Source: Rhina ancylostomus (Eukaryota). From it: a stretch of 64,000 bases of DNA. The DNA lies in the NCBI GenBank assembly GCA_030265395.1, contig JARFYF010000084.1, forward strand, positions 10,699,084 to 10,763,083. Direction: 5' to 3'. How positions within the stretch are numbered: the first letter of the stretch is position 1; each line of letters opens with the position of its first letter. The notes below the pieces were generated by a model. The model did not search any database. It was not told the origin of the DNA and worked only from the letters and a program-made list of their open reading frames with translations. Positions 12,231-23,869 of the stretch are shown here, one piece after another. Both the position numbers and the translations under genes were made by a program.

Positions 12231-12666
12231 CCTGAACCTGAAATGCAGTTCCAGTGAATCAAATCAGAAGTGGATCATAGAAATTAATGGAATACAAGGC
12301 CACGTTGACTTTAAAAAAACTAATGAGGTTACTCCCACTTCTCAGCTCTCAGTCCACTGATTTGTAGATTACAAATTCTCACCTACATATTCAGGCTTTT
12401 TATTAAATTGAGTAGGAGCCCCTCCAACACCCTTTTTGGTGGTGAGTTCCCAACCCTTACTACCCCTTGACCCTTATATCAATTAACTTAAATCTATTTT
12501 CCCAGGTTATTGACTTTTTAATTAAAATTACCTCCCTACAGCCCCGTTTGTTCCAAAGAAGTGTGAACAAAGTTGTACATTTAGCACACACACTGAAAGT
12601 GAGATCATATCCCAATGTTGCTTGGGACCATTTTGATCTCAGAATACTCTGCAATCCCTCTCTTAC

Positions 12667-12876
<210 letters not shown>

Positions 12877-12969
12877 TCAAAAGAAAGTTGATGTAAATTT
12901 CTAGACAGATTCAAAAGGTACAATTTCTTAAAAGTATCGAAAGGGAGAAAAATAAACAACCATAACATT

Positions 12970-13320
12970 GTGGCACAGCTAGTAGAGCCACTGCCTCACA
13001 GGTCCAGAGAGCCCTGTTCACTCCTCACCTCAGGTGCTGCCTCAGAGAAGTTTGTATGTTCTCCCTGTGAATGCGTGGCTTTCCTCCATGTGCTCCAGTT
13101 TCCTCCCACATCCCAAAGACATGCAGGTTGTTAGGTTAATTGGCCATTATAAATAGTCCCTAGTGTGTAGGCGAGTGGTAGAATCTGTGGGGAGTTATTA
13201 GGTATATAGGAAGGATAAAAAAAAGGGACTAAAGTGGGATTAATGTAAATGGGTTGATGATGGTCATCACAGACTCAGTGAGACACAGGGCCTGTCTCAT
13301 GCTGGATCTCTCTATGACTT
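12970..13320 (+). mobile_element. V-domain tRNA SINE with CR1-type tail
   Basis: Head gtggcacagctagtagagccactgcctcaca, core tgctccagtttcctcccacatcccaaagac, tail gggcctgtctcatgctggatctctctatgact. Confidence 0.8.
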
Positions 13321-13899
13321 CTCCATTAGTGCAGGAGGGTCAGTTAGCAGTGGACACTGGTTCAAAGTAATTTGCAAAAGAACCGGAGGGGATAAGAGAA
13401 TTTTTGTATTTTTCTTCAATACAGGGTGTTGGTATGAACTGGATTGCAGGTGATGGAAGTAAATTCAATAGTAACTTTAAAAAGGGGACAGAGTAATAAT
13501 TTAAGGAGAAAAAATTTTGTTAAGAGCAGAAAAGAATGGAATTAGAACTGTATGGATTCACAAACAGCTGCCACAATCTTCCAAAGGCTGATCTTGGAGC
13601 TGCTTGCTTCTATAATTCCAATTATCATTAATATACAAATAAAGAAACTAAACAGCCACAGCATGCTAAGATTACTTTGTAAGTTAATTCATATTTTATT
13701 GTTTTAAATAATCAATATTGTTCCAATTATTTAATAGATTGGAATGTTGTCATACTGCTTGGGGATATTCCTGCAATTTTTGTGAGGTATCATGAGCTAT
13801 TAACTATTTAAAGTACGAGATCAGAGCATTTCACTAAATAGGTAGAACCTTAAGAAGTTGTGGTTAAAAGATTTCACTGCAGGCAAGTTTGTGGCCATA

Positions 13900-15320
13900 A
13901 ACTTTGGATGTAAAATGAATAGATCAGAATAACTTCTAAATATTAAAAGGTTAGAACAGTGGAGTTCCAAAGAGGTGCAGAAAATAATCAGGAGGCCAGT
14001 GGAATGGTGGTCTTCATATTTAAAGGAATAGAGCACCAAGAGGATAGAGGTTAACTAAAAGTATACAAGCCTTGGTTAGATCATCTGAACTACTGTTGAG
14101 TACCTCACTTTAGGATGGTTAAAATGGTCTTATCTGAAGGGCAGTGTAAATTTACCAGAATGACTAAAAGGATTAAATTATTAGGAGAGATCACACATGC
14201 TAAGATTGGACTTTAGACTGGCATTTAGAAAAGCAAGCAGAGACTTGGATAAATTTTTATGATACAAGAATTTATCAAGTAATCTTTGGAACGTAGGAGA
14301 ATGAGGGGTGACCTTATAGAAATGTTTCAAATTATGACAGGCATAGATAAGGTGGATGGTAACAGTATTTTTTCCCAGGGTAGGGGAGTCCAAAACTAGG
14401 GGGGCATGGACTTAGGGTGAGAGGAGAAAGATTTAAAAGGGACCTGAGGGGCAACTACTTCCACACAGATGGCAGTGATAAATGGAATGAGCTACCAGAG
14501 GAAGTGGTTGAGGCAGGTACAATAGTATCATTTAAGAAGCACTTGGATAGGTACATGGAGGGGTGGGACTTAGAGGAATATGGGCCGAATGCAGGAAATT
14601 GGGACTAGCTAGGTGGGCACCGTGGTTGGCATGGACTTGTTGGGCTGAAGGACCTGTATCCGTGCTGTTTTGCTCTATGACTCTTTGACATGTAACATGC
14701 ATTGATACTTTAAGGACATTCAAATCAACCATTGCCCACGGGACATTCTGCTTCTGTATGATTGTAAATTGCCCATGAAAAAAATAATGTTTTTGTTAAA
14801 TTGACCCACATTGAAATTCCCAGCATAAGATCAGGGAAGAGATTAAGTGACATTACTGTCACTTAACACATAGTTAAAGATGTATTCCTGCCACTGTTTT
14901 TACAGATATGGCCAGAGAAATGGCAGATGGAGTTTAATTTGAGCAAGTGTGAGATGTTGCAGTTTGGGAGGTCAAATGTAAGGGGAAAGTATACACTTAA
15001 TAGTAGGACCCATAACAGTATTGATGTACAGAGGGATTTGGGGTCCAAGTTCCAAGCTCACTGAAAGTAGACATGCAAGTAGATAGGGCAGTAAAGAAGA
15101 CATATGGCATGGTACCCTTCATTGGTTGGGGCATTCAGGATAAGAGGAAGGAAGTATATAGCAGCTATATAAAATTCTGGTTAGGTTGCGCTTGGAGTAT
15201 TGGGTGCAATTCTGTTTGCCCTGTTACCCGAAGGATGTGGAGGCTTTGGAATGGGTACAGAAGAGGTTTACCAGGATGCTGCCTGGATTAGAGGGTATGA
15301 GCTATAAGAACAGCTTGGAG
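13900..15320 (+). mobile_element. Cluster of CR1 LINE fragments in THAP2 intron 1
   Basis: Three pieces (about 13900-14250, 14285-14685, 14905-15320), with RGERFKRDLRGNYF, WNELPEEVVEAGT and LEYWVQFCLPCY...VQKRFTRMLPGL. Confidence 0.85.
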
Positions 15321-15420
15321 NNNNNNNNNNNNNNNNNNNNNNNNNNNNNNNNNNNNNNNNNNNNNNNNNNNNNNNNNNNNNNNNNNNNNNNNNNNNNNNN
15401 NNNNNNNNNNNNNNNNNNNN

Positions 15421-15860
15421 CCTTCAAAATGATGCCATCATCAGATGAATTTTGCCCGTGCCCCTTCCCCTTTCAGCATTCTGAAGGGACCATTCGACTT
15501 TGTCTTCCACTTCCACCATAATCCATTCCCCTTTTCATGATATTTTTCCATGCAACCACAGGAAATGAAATACCTGCCCTTCTACCTCTTCCCTGCCCAT
15601 CTTCCAGGGATCGAAACACTCCTTCCAAGTGATGTAGCAATGCACTTGTACAGCTTCCAATTTAATGCAAACCATTTGGTCTTAACAATGTGGTCAACTC
15701 TACATTGGAGAAATCAAATGCACATTTGGTGACTAATCCTGTTCAGTCCACAAGTGTGATGCTGAACTTCCAGTTGCCCATTACTTTAATTCTCCATCCC
15801 ATACCCACTCTGTCTTTGGCCCTTATACTGTTGCAATAAAGTCTAACAAGCAGCATCTTC
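15421..15860 (+). mobile_element. Penelope-like element fragment (GIY-YIG), decayed
   Basis: Translates with stops to FPCNHRK*NTCP...QGSKHSFQV...CTCTASNL...QCGQLYIGEIKC, followed by a PVAHYFNSPSH-like stretch. Confidence 0.75.
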
Positions 15861-15949
15861 TGATGTTTGCTCCAACTCATCCAGTCTTTAAAAGCCTGCA
15901 TTGTCCCAGGTTCCACAAACTCTTAAATTTAAAACTTTCATCCTCATTT

Positions 15950-18225
15950 TTAAAGATTGAGTAGATTGGAACTCTTTTCTCTACATGAGGTGTTTGAGTG
16001 AACTAATAGAAGTCTTTAAAATTACAAAAACGTTTGACAGGTAGATGCAGAGACATTTCCACTTAATGAGCAATTCCCAGTTAAAAGCCATAAGCAATAG
16101 ACATCCAGTGAAAATCCAATAAAAGTTTAGAAGAAACCTTTGCTCAGAGAATATTTGGAATGTAAAAGTTGCAATCATTCAATGGAAAGTAGGTAAACAT
16201 CAAAAAAATGGATTTACGGGACAGTTCATTAAGTACATGAGGAAATAAAGAATAGGACATGCTCAAAGGTTTAAGTACTGTAGTAAAATGTGGAGCATGA
16301 ACAATAACATGGAGCATTTGGGCCAAATTGCTTGATTTTTTTTTGTTGTAGATGTTATCTTTGCTATTCATTGATTCAGCAGTCTCGATCCCAAGCTCTG
16401 GAAATCTTTTTGAAACCTCCCTGCCTCTTTGATTGCCCTTTTTACTTATTACCCTGGGTACCTTATTCTTTGGCCAAGAAACATTTAATAAATCAAACCT
16501 ATGCAAAGCTCAGTGGGATGGTCTTTCCTGCTTTAAAGATATGACACAAATGCAAATTGTTGATGTCGTCAAGGAAATTCAAATTGCGGTTGCTATCTAA
16601 GCACTTATTGTTACTATACAATATGAATAAAGGTTGCTTAAACTTAAGTTGTTATTGCTAACATCAATGCCAGTTCTCGATGTACTGTGGCAAACTGATC
16701 TTGCTGTAACAATGAATAGAAAAACATAACTTGTTGTGGCTATTGCTATCTAAGATGCAAGTTGCTTTTAATTATCATTACAGAAGGAAGGCATTCAGCC
16801 CAGGAGGTCCATGCCAGCCAAAAATTAGTATATTTATTTAATCTCACTTCCTAAATTTTGGTCCATAAATTCAAAGGTCATAGCTGTTCAAAGAGTCATC
16901 CAAGTAACTTTTATGTGATGGGGTCTACGATTCTGCAATTCATTCAGAAGCGAGCTCCAGTTCCCCTTGGGAGGAAATGGGAGGGAAGGGTTAACATTTG
17001 AGAGGGAAGAGTTAGATAGATATTAGAGCAGGATAAAATGTCGGCACAGCCTTGTGGGCCGAAGGGCCTGTACTGTGCTGTAGTGTTCTATGTTCTTACT
17101 ATTGAATGAAAAGGTTTTCCTCAGCTCCTGCTTATAGCTATAGAAGACTTTTGTAAGGGCACATTTGGAGTACTGTGTGCAGTTCTGGTCACTGTGCTAA
17201 TAGGAAGGATGAGGATGCAAAAAAAGATTTACAAGGATGTTACTGGGACTGGAGGGCTTGGGTTATATGGAGTGGCTGGAAAGACAAGGACATTTTTCCC
17301 TGGAGTACAGGTGACCTTATAGAGATTTCCAAAATCATGAGGGGCATAGATAAGGTGAATAGTCTAAAACTAGTGGGCATAGATTTAAGGTGAGAGGGGA
17401 AAGATTTAAAAGGGATTTGAAGGGCGACTTTTTCCACGTGTATATGGAACGAGCTGCCAGAGGAAGTGGTAGAAGCAGGAACAATTAGAACATGTAAAAG
17501 ACATTTGGACAGGTACATGGATAGGAAAGGTTTAGAGGGATATGGGTCAAACAGGACCATCTCTGGAAGGCACCTTGTTCAGCTTGGGCCGAAGGGCCTG
17601 TCTCTATGCAGCATAACTATGATTGTAACTCCTCTGTGTTCCCCTCTACCGATTAAATCTTTACCCTCTAGTCTATACTTCAGTTATAATAGGGCATTGG
17701 TGAAATCATATCGGGCAATACTGTGTACAGTATTACTCTCCTTACTTAAGGAAGGATAAAAATGTGTTGGAAGTAGTCCAGACCTTTACTAGACTAATAC
17801 CTATATTATCTTATGAAGAAGGATTGGATAGGCTAGACTTGTACCCACCGGTGTTCAGAAGAGCGAGATGTGAATTAATTAGAGACTGGAGACATACAAG
17901 TCCTGAGGGGTGTTGGCATGATGGCTGTGGATTGGATGTTTCTACTTAAGGAAGAATCTAGAACTTGGATGTGGGGNNNNNNNNNNTTTACTGTTTAAAA
18001 ATAAGGGGATTGAGGCAGAAATTAAGTGATTTTCGTTCCTCGTAGGATCATGAGTCTTTTGAACTCAAAGGGGTGTGGAAGCAAGGTCTTTAAAACATTT
18101 TTTAAGAGAGAGTTAGTTAGATTGATAAGCAAGGGGGTGAAAAATGACCAGGTATTGACAGAGTTGACGATACGGTCAAATCAGCCACAATTGTTTTGAG
18201 TGGCAGAGCATGCTTGTGGGGTCAA
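15950..18225 (+). mobile_element. Further CR1 fragments (about 15950-16330, 16995-17095, 17150-17622, 17685-18225) and an L2-type tail (about 16400-16565)
   Basis: HLEYCVQFWS, GDLIEISKIMRGIDKV and gggccgaagggcctg tails. Confidence 0.8.
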
Positions 18226-18529
18226 ACTTTGTATGAGGCCTGGTAAATCTTATCTTCACCCCTTTAGTACTAACACATCTGTAGGGTGTTGACCAGAAAT
18301 GTGTGGCTCAACTAGAGTTTTATATAGTTATAGGTTAACCTCCCTAATTCCTCTGCCAATTAAAACAAGTACACTTTCCTCACTAGCTTATCTACCTTAA
18401 GTGAACATATAAAAAAAATGCTTGTGCTGGAAATCTGAGATAAGATCAGTAAATGGTAGAAACACTCAGCAGGTTAGCCAGCATTTGTGGAATGAGAATA
18501 TATTCAAGTCTGGGACCCTTCATCAGAGC

Positions 18530-18800
18530 TGGGAAACCTCAAGGATGTGTGCTTAGCCCACTGCTCTACTCTCTCTACACTTCTGACTGTGTGGCTAGGA
18601 ACAGCTCAAATGCTATCTATAAATTCGCTGGTGACACCATTGATGTTGGCAGGTTCTCAGATGGCGACTAGGAGGCGTACAGGAGTGAGAATAGATCGGC
18701 TGGTTGAGTGGTGTCGCAACAACAACCTCGCATTCAATGTTAACAAGACCAAGGAATTGATTGTGGACTTCAGGAAGGGGAAGTAAGGAGAACACACAGG
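18530..18800 (+). mobile_element. Rex1/Babar-clade LINE RT fragment
   Basis: PQGCVLSPLLYSLYTSDCVA, IYKFAGDT and LVEWCRNNNLAFNVNKTKELIVDFRK. Confidence 0.88.
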
Positions 18801-19107
18801 AGTCAGNNNNNNNNNNNNNNNNNNNNNNNNNNNNNNNNNNNNNNNNNNNNNNNNNNNNNNNNNNNNNNNNNNNNNNNNNNNNNNNNNNNNNNNNNNNNNN
18901 NNNNNNACACCCTCGCCTCGCCTCCCCTCCCCTCCCCTCCATATTGGGAGATACAAAATAAAATGCTGCATCCGGGCGGCGGGCGGGACCCCGGCCGCAG
19001 GTAGGCGTCTCTCACCGCCGGTGGGGTGGGGGGGAAGAGGGAGGAGCGGCGCCGATGTTTATCGTGCATAATAAGGCCACAACTTCCACACATAAATGAG
19101 TCCGTTT

Positions 19108-19146
19108 CCCCCCCCCCCCCAACACCACACACACACACACACACAC
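19108..19146. repeat. Poly-C plus (CA)n microsatellite in THAP2 intron 1
   Basis: Read directly. A (CCCGA)n run also lies at 19262-19283, next to the donor. Confidence 0.9.
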
Positions 19147-19294
19147 CCCCTCACACCTTCCCCTGAGAAAGGTTTTGAAGGGAATGAACTGCTAGGCCGC
19201 AGCAGTGGCGGGAGCTGCGGGAACGACCGCTTGTCCTGTGGGACGCCGACCCTCGGCTCGGCCCGACCCGACCCGACCCGACCCCCTTGCCTAC

Positions 19295-19365
19295 CTGTGG
19301 AAGCTGGTGTTAGTGTTCTTCCTGTACACTGCTGTGCACCCATAGGCCGCGCAGCTCGTTGGCAT
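19295..19365 (-). CDS. THAP2: THAP2 coding exon 1 (MPTSCAAYGCTAVYRKNTNTSFH-R)
   Basis: The reverse complement reads ataATG CCA ACG AGC TGC...TTC CAC AG|GTAG: 71 nt, phase-2 donor, A at -3. It carries the N-terminal CxxxxC of a THAP domain and closely resembles human THAP2 as recalled ([24 protein letters not shown]). Not in the ORF track because it is too short. Confidence 0.93.
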
Positions 19366-19616
19366 TATTAGACCAAAAAAATAACTTTTCTTTTCCCTCC
19401 CGCCCCCCGAAATAAGATGCTTGCAATGACCAAGCAATTCGTTTTTTTTTAGTGTGTACGAGATTCCCTTTTTTTATTGTCCCCTTCTTTCTTCCCTTGG
19501 GGGGGGGGGGGGGGGGNNNNNNNNNNNNNNNNNNNNNNNNNNNNNNNNNNNNNNNNNNNNNNNNNNNNNNNNNNNNNNNNNNNNNNNNNNNNNNNNNNNN
19601 NNNNNNNNNNNNNNNN

Positions 19617-19654
19617 CTCCCATCCCTGGCCTCCTTTACTAAGATGGCAGATCG
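19617..19654 (+). other. Candidate 3' part of the first exon of a divergent plus-strand gene
   Basis: AAGATGGCAGATCG|GTGAGC: a consensus donor inside the CpG island, facing away from THAP2. The 5' end is hidden by the N gap. Confidence 0.55.
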
Positions 19655-20619
19655 GTGAGCAGCTCTTGCTGTTGATGGGGAGGGGAAAGTAGGAGGTTCA
19701 CGCAAAAACGCGCGGCGTCGGAAGAAACGTCCCCCTTCTTAGTTGGTAAACGCCATTCCAATTCAAGGTAGGGTGACGTTTTTGCCTTGGCTGTGAGTAG
19801 ACAGGAGGGGTGGGGAAGGGCGGCCTGTTCTCCTAGCAGGCCGGATCATGGATGTGTGCAGAAAGACATTTAAAAAATGACCATTTGGCTTTTCCCGCAT
19901 TGCTCTGCCATTCAGCAACATCATGGCTGATCTGTTACCTCGTTGCAACTTGCCCCGCACTAACCCTATATACTATGTCCTTTGATTCGCTACAAGTTAA
20001 TTACAAGCGCTGAACCCTGTTTATAAACTCAAAATACATTGGTTAGTGGTTTTAAAATTATTTTTGCACTGCACGTGTACTTTGAAGGAATTGTGCATTT
20101 GCATCCATAGGTACCTGTTCATCCATATCCTTTTTAGCATTTCAGGAGTTTTTTTCAAAATTATTTCTGTTGGGATTGAGAAATATTCTGAGATTTGGTT
20201 TGTTTAAAAAATACTGTCGCAAACTTGCAGAAAGCAGACCCTCTCTTGAGTCACCACCCTGGAATTGTAAGTTGCAAGCCCACATTTTGGGAAGGGTTAT
20301 TGCTATTTGGATTAAAAGTTTATGACAATATTAAAATCCTCTAAGAGTGGTGCTTGTTTAAAACCATTTAGGCATTCAAAGTTCAATTGTTGGCAAAAAG
20401 ACTCGTTGAAATATATTTTAAAATAAAATCATCCGTGAAAACTCGTGCCAAATTTCAACTTTTGGTATAAATGTGTGCTCAGATTTTTGGTTCAAGTTTT
20501 TTTTACTCTTTGTCGTCACCAACCTTGTGCTTCAACTGTCTTCAAAATCTCTTAATTTCATTACTTCCCTTCCTAACAAAAATCTTAATTTAAATTTAAT
20601 TTTTCAATTTCCCAACCTT

Positions 20620-21260
20620 AGTTGCTTTGGTGGCAGATAATTGTACACTTCCACTATCATTTGGATGAAGTGCTTCCTGACATCATCCATGAACAAGAAT
20701 ACCCTACTTTTCAAAGAATATGCCCCATATTCTGTGCTCTTCTACAACAGAGTGATTAATTTATCTTTATTGGTTCCTTTAATCAATGTACATACTGCAT
20801 CTAGAACATCCCTTCCAAAGTTCCAGGATACAAGCCAAGCCTATGCAACTGCTCATCATAATTCCAAAATCAATTTGGTTGATTTACATTCCATGCCATT
20901 TCCAAGGAAAATATTTCATTCCTGCTATGGTTACCAGTATTGAACAGAGTATTCCAGAAGAGAGTCTTAACTCTTAGCTTTACAGGTGTATTCTTGAGGT
21001 TAAGGCAAAAATTCATATGGTCTTTGTAATGTAGTTATGCCTTTCCATTAGGGATTCTACATTTGGATCCTTAAACCTTTGCTTATCTATAATTCTTGCT
21101 GTTTAAAAAAAATTATTTGATCAGAATCCAAAATGGAAGACCCCACAGTTAATATTAAACTCCATTTGCCATAGTTCTGTTCACTCTTATTTTTTTTCAA
21201 TGCTCTTTCTCAATTTTCTGTCTCCTCTGCACTAATAACTTGATATTGATAAAAAGCTTT
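20620..21260 (-). mobile_element. Old CR1 fragment
   Basis: Degenerate reverse complement of the CR1 3' ORF region (gaagtgcttcctgacatc, ccaaaatggaagacc...ttaaactccatttgcca). Confidence 0.6.
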
Positions 21261-21680
21261 CAAAACTATTATCCAAGTTTTATACTGACAAGCCAGAAGC
21301 CTTGTCCAGAACGTGAAATGCTAATTGATGAGGTTGTTTCATTGCAATTTGGCAGGGTAGCAGAAAATCTTCTTGAGTGAAGAGTAGGTAGAAAAAAAAT
21401 GGTGGCTTAAGCAAATAGTAATGAAGTTAGGGTACTGTGAAAGGCAATACTGACAGGCATTTAAATGTTTTCCTGAAGCAGAGAGAACATTGGAAGCATG
21501 GTTAATCTGCATAGCACCTGCACATCTCTTTAAGATTGGTTCATGAGACTCATTGAATTCAAAAAGATTTAGAGAATCTGTGACTAGAAAAATTAATATT
21601 TTTGGGGATAGGAAATTTGAGGTTATTTGACAAACTACATCTAAAGTCAAACAAATAGGAAGTAATTCTTGCATAATATA

Positions 21681-21890
21681 GAAAATGTTGGAAATATTCA
21701 ATAGCTCGGGCAGCATCTATGGAGGGAGAATCAAAATTAATATTTCATGTCAACCTTTCATCAGGAAAATCAACCGTTTTGATGAAAGGTCACTGACCTG
21801 AAACATTAACTCATTTGCTCCCTCTCAACATATGCAGCCTGACCTACTGAATATATTCAGCTTTTCCTTTTTTGAGAATTCCAGCATCTC
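21681..21890. mobile_element. Inverted pair of Penelope-type terminal repeats
   Basis: A minus copy (cagcatctatggag...cctttcatcag) is immediately followed by a plus copy (gatgaaaggtcactgacctgaaac...gcctgacctactga...ttccagcatct). Confidence 0.7.
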
Positions 21891-21892
21891 CA

Positions 21893-22119
21893 ATTGGAAT
21901 TTTTTTATTATTGTCACATGTACCGAGGGACAGTGAAGAATTCCTACAGATCAATTCATTATACAATGGATCGAGGCAGGTTAAGGTAAACAATACAGAC
22001 AGCAGAATAAAGTGTAACAGCTACAGAGAAAGTGCAGTGCAGGTAGACAATAGGTGCAAGGTCATACCAGGGTAGACTGTAAGGTTTTGTGAGTCCATCT
22101 TATCATACTCGGGAACCAT
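21893..22119 (-). mobile_element. Rex-Babar-type LINE 3'UTR, running into an N gap
   Basis: tttattattgtcacatgtaccgagg...cagtgaa...tacagatcaattcatt is the same tail as at 48083 and 31150-31320. Confidence 0.7.
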
Positions 22120-22949
22120 NNNNNNNNNNNNNNNNNNNNNNNNNNNNNNNNNNNNNNNNNNNNNNNNNNNNNNNNNNNNNNNNNNNNNNNNNNNNNNNNN
22201 NNNNNNNNNNNNNNNNNNNNNNNNNNNNNNNNNNNNNNNNNNNNNNNNNNNNNNNNNNNNNNNNNNNNNNNNNNNNNNNNNNNNNNNNNNNNNNNNNNNN
22301 NNNNNNNNNNNNNNNNNNNNNNNNNNNNNNNNNNNNNNNNNNNNNNNNNNNNNNNNNNNNNNNNNNNNNNNNNNNNNNNNNNNNNNNNNNNNNNNNNNNN
22401 NNNNNNNNNNNNNNNNNNNNNNNNNNNNNNNNNNNNNNNNNNNNNNNNNNNNNNNNNNNNNNNNNNNNNNNNNNNNNNNNNNNNNNNNNNNNNNNNNNNN
22501 NNNNNNNNNNNNNNNNNNNNNNNNNNNNNNNNNNNNNNNNNNNNNNNNNNNNNNNNNNNNNNNNNNNNNNNNNNNNNNNNNNNNNNNNNNNNNNNNNNNN
22601 NNNNNNNNNNNNNNNNNNNNNNNNNNNNNNNNNNNNNNNNNNNNNNNNNNNNNNNNNNNNNNNNNNNNNNNNNNNNNNNNNNNNNNNNNNNNNNNNNNNN
22701 NNNNNNNNNNNNNNNNNNNNNNNNNNNNNNNNNNNNNNNNNNNNNNNNNNNNNNNNNNNNNNNNNNNNNNNNNNNNNNNNNNNNNNNNNNNNNNNNNNNN
22801 NNNNNNNNNNNNNNNNNNNNNNNNNNNNNNNNNNNNNNNNNNNNNNNNNNNNNNNNNNNNNNNNNNNNNNNNNNNNNNNNNNNNNNNNNNNNNNNNNNNN
22901 NNNNNNNNNNNNNNNNNNNNNNNNNNNNNNNNNNNTACTTTTGTATTCA

Positions 22950-23570
22950 ATTTGCTTCACACCAAACAAGAAATCTTTTTTTCTCATTACCTAATGACCC
23001 TATACTGGGTCACTGAGTTGCTTTTGCATCTCAGAGCACTGCAGTCTGTCAGCATTTGGATAATATCCTTTATTTTGCTGACCAGAATGGATAATTTCAC
23101 ATTTTCCCACATTATACTGTATTTGCCGGATCTTTACCAACTCAGGACCTTTCTATATCCATTTGAAGCCTCCTTATATTCCTTTCATAACTTACTTTCC
23201 TACTTAATGTTGTTAGTAAGTTTAGCAATCTTAGATTTGTTACATGTTGCCAATCTGTCAAGGACCCATTTATGGTAACTCCATTTCCTTGTGGCCAGCC
23301 AATAGTATGTCCACGCCAATATGTTACTTCCCACAAGAACCTTTGATGCGGTACCTTTTCAAATGCTTTCTGGAAATCTTAGTATGTACATTGGTTTCCT
23401 TTTACCCACAGTACATTGTTACTTAAAAGTACTAAAATAAATTGGTCAAATGTGATTTTCCTTGCACAAAACAATGATGACTTTGCCTGATTACCTTGAG
23501 TTTGCGAAGTGTCCTACTATAACTTCTTTAATAGTGGCTTCTAACATCTTCCCTATGACAAAAGAGCTAA
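22950..23570 (-). mobile_element. CR1 LINE RT fragment, decayed
   Basis: Reverse complement of the RT region (IRRLQMDI; gcaaactcaaggtaatcaggcaaagtcatcattgttttgtgcaaggaaaatc). Confidence 0.75.
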
Positions 23571-23869
23571 CTTTGTAAAATTAAAGGCCATGTANNNNNN
23601 NNNNNNNNNNNNNNNNNNNNNNNNNNNNNNNNNNNNNNNNNNNNNNNNNNNNNNNNNNNNNNNNNNNNNNNNNNNNNNNNNNNNNNNNNNNNNNCTTCTG
23701 TAATAAAATGTCCATATATCATCCTTGGCGATTGAGGTCCAAGTCATCAATGACTGAAATATGTGAAAATGGATCTTACTGAGCATCTGGAAAACAAAGA
23801 TACTCCACCAATTTGTTCCTCCTGCACAGTATTGCTGTTCCATCTGACATCCCCACCTTGCTCTCACAT

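Larger units (their letters stand above)
18950..19860. promoter_or_regulatory. CpG island / probable bidirectional promoter of THAP2 and a divergent transcript
   Basis: The only CpG- and GC-dense stretch in an AT-rich window, and it overlaps THAP2 exon 1. Contains a YY1-like AAGATGGC (19641-19648), an ETS-like CGGAAG (about 19719), TGACGT (about 19774) and GC boxes. A 100-N gap sits in the middle. Confidence 0.8.

Noticed and set aside
22021-22994. Long ORFs of about 300 aa in the ORF track (also at 30.3k and 56.5k)
   Set aside because: They consist almost entirely of X from N runs.
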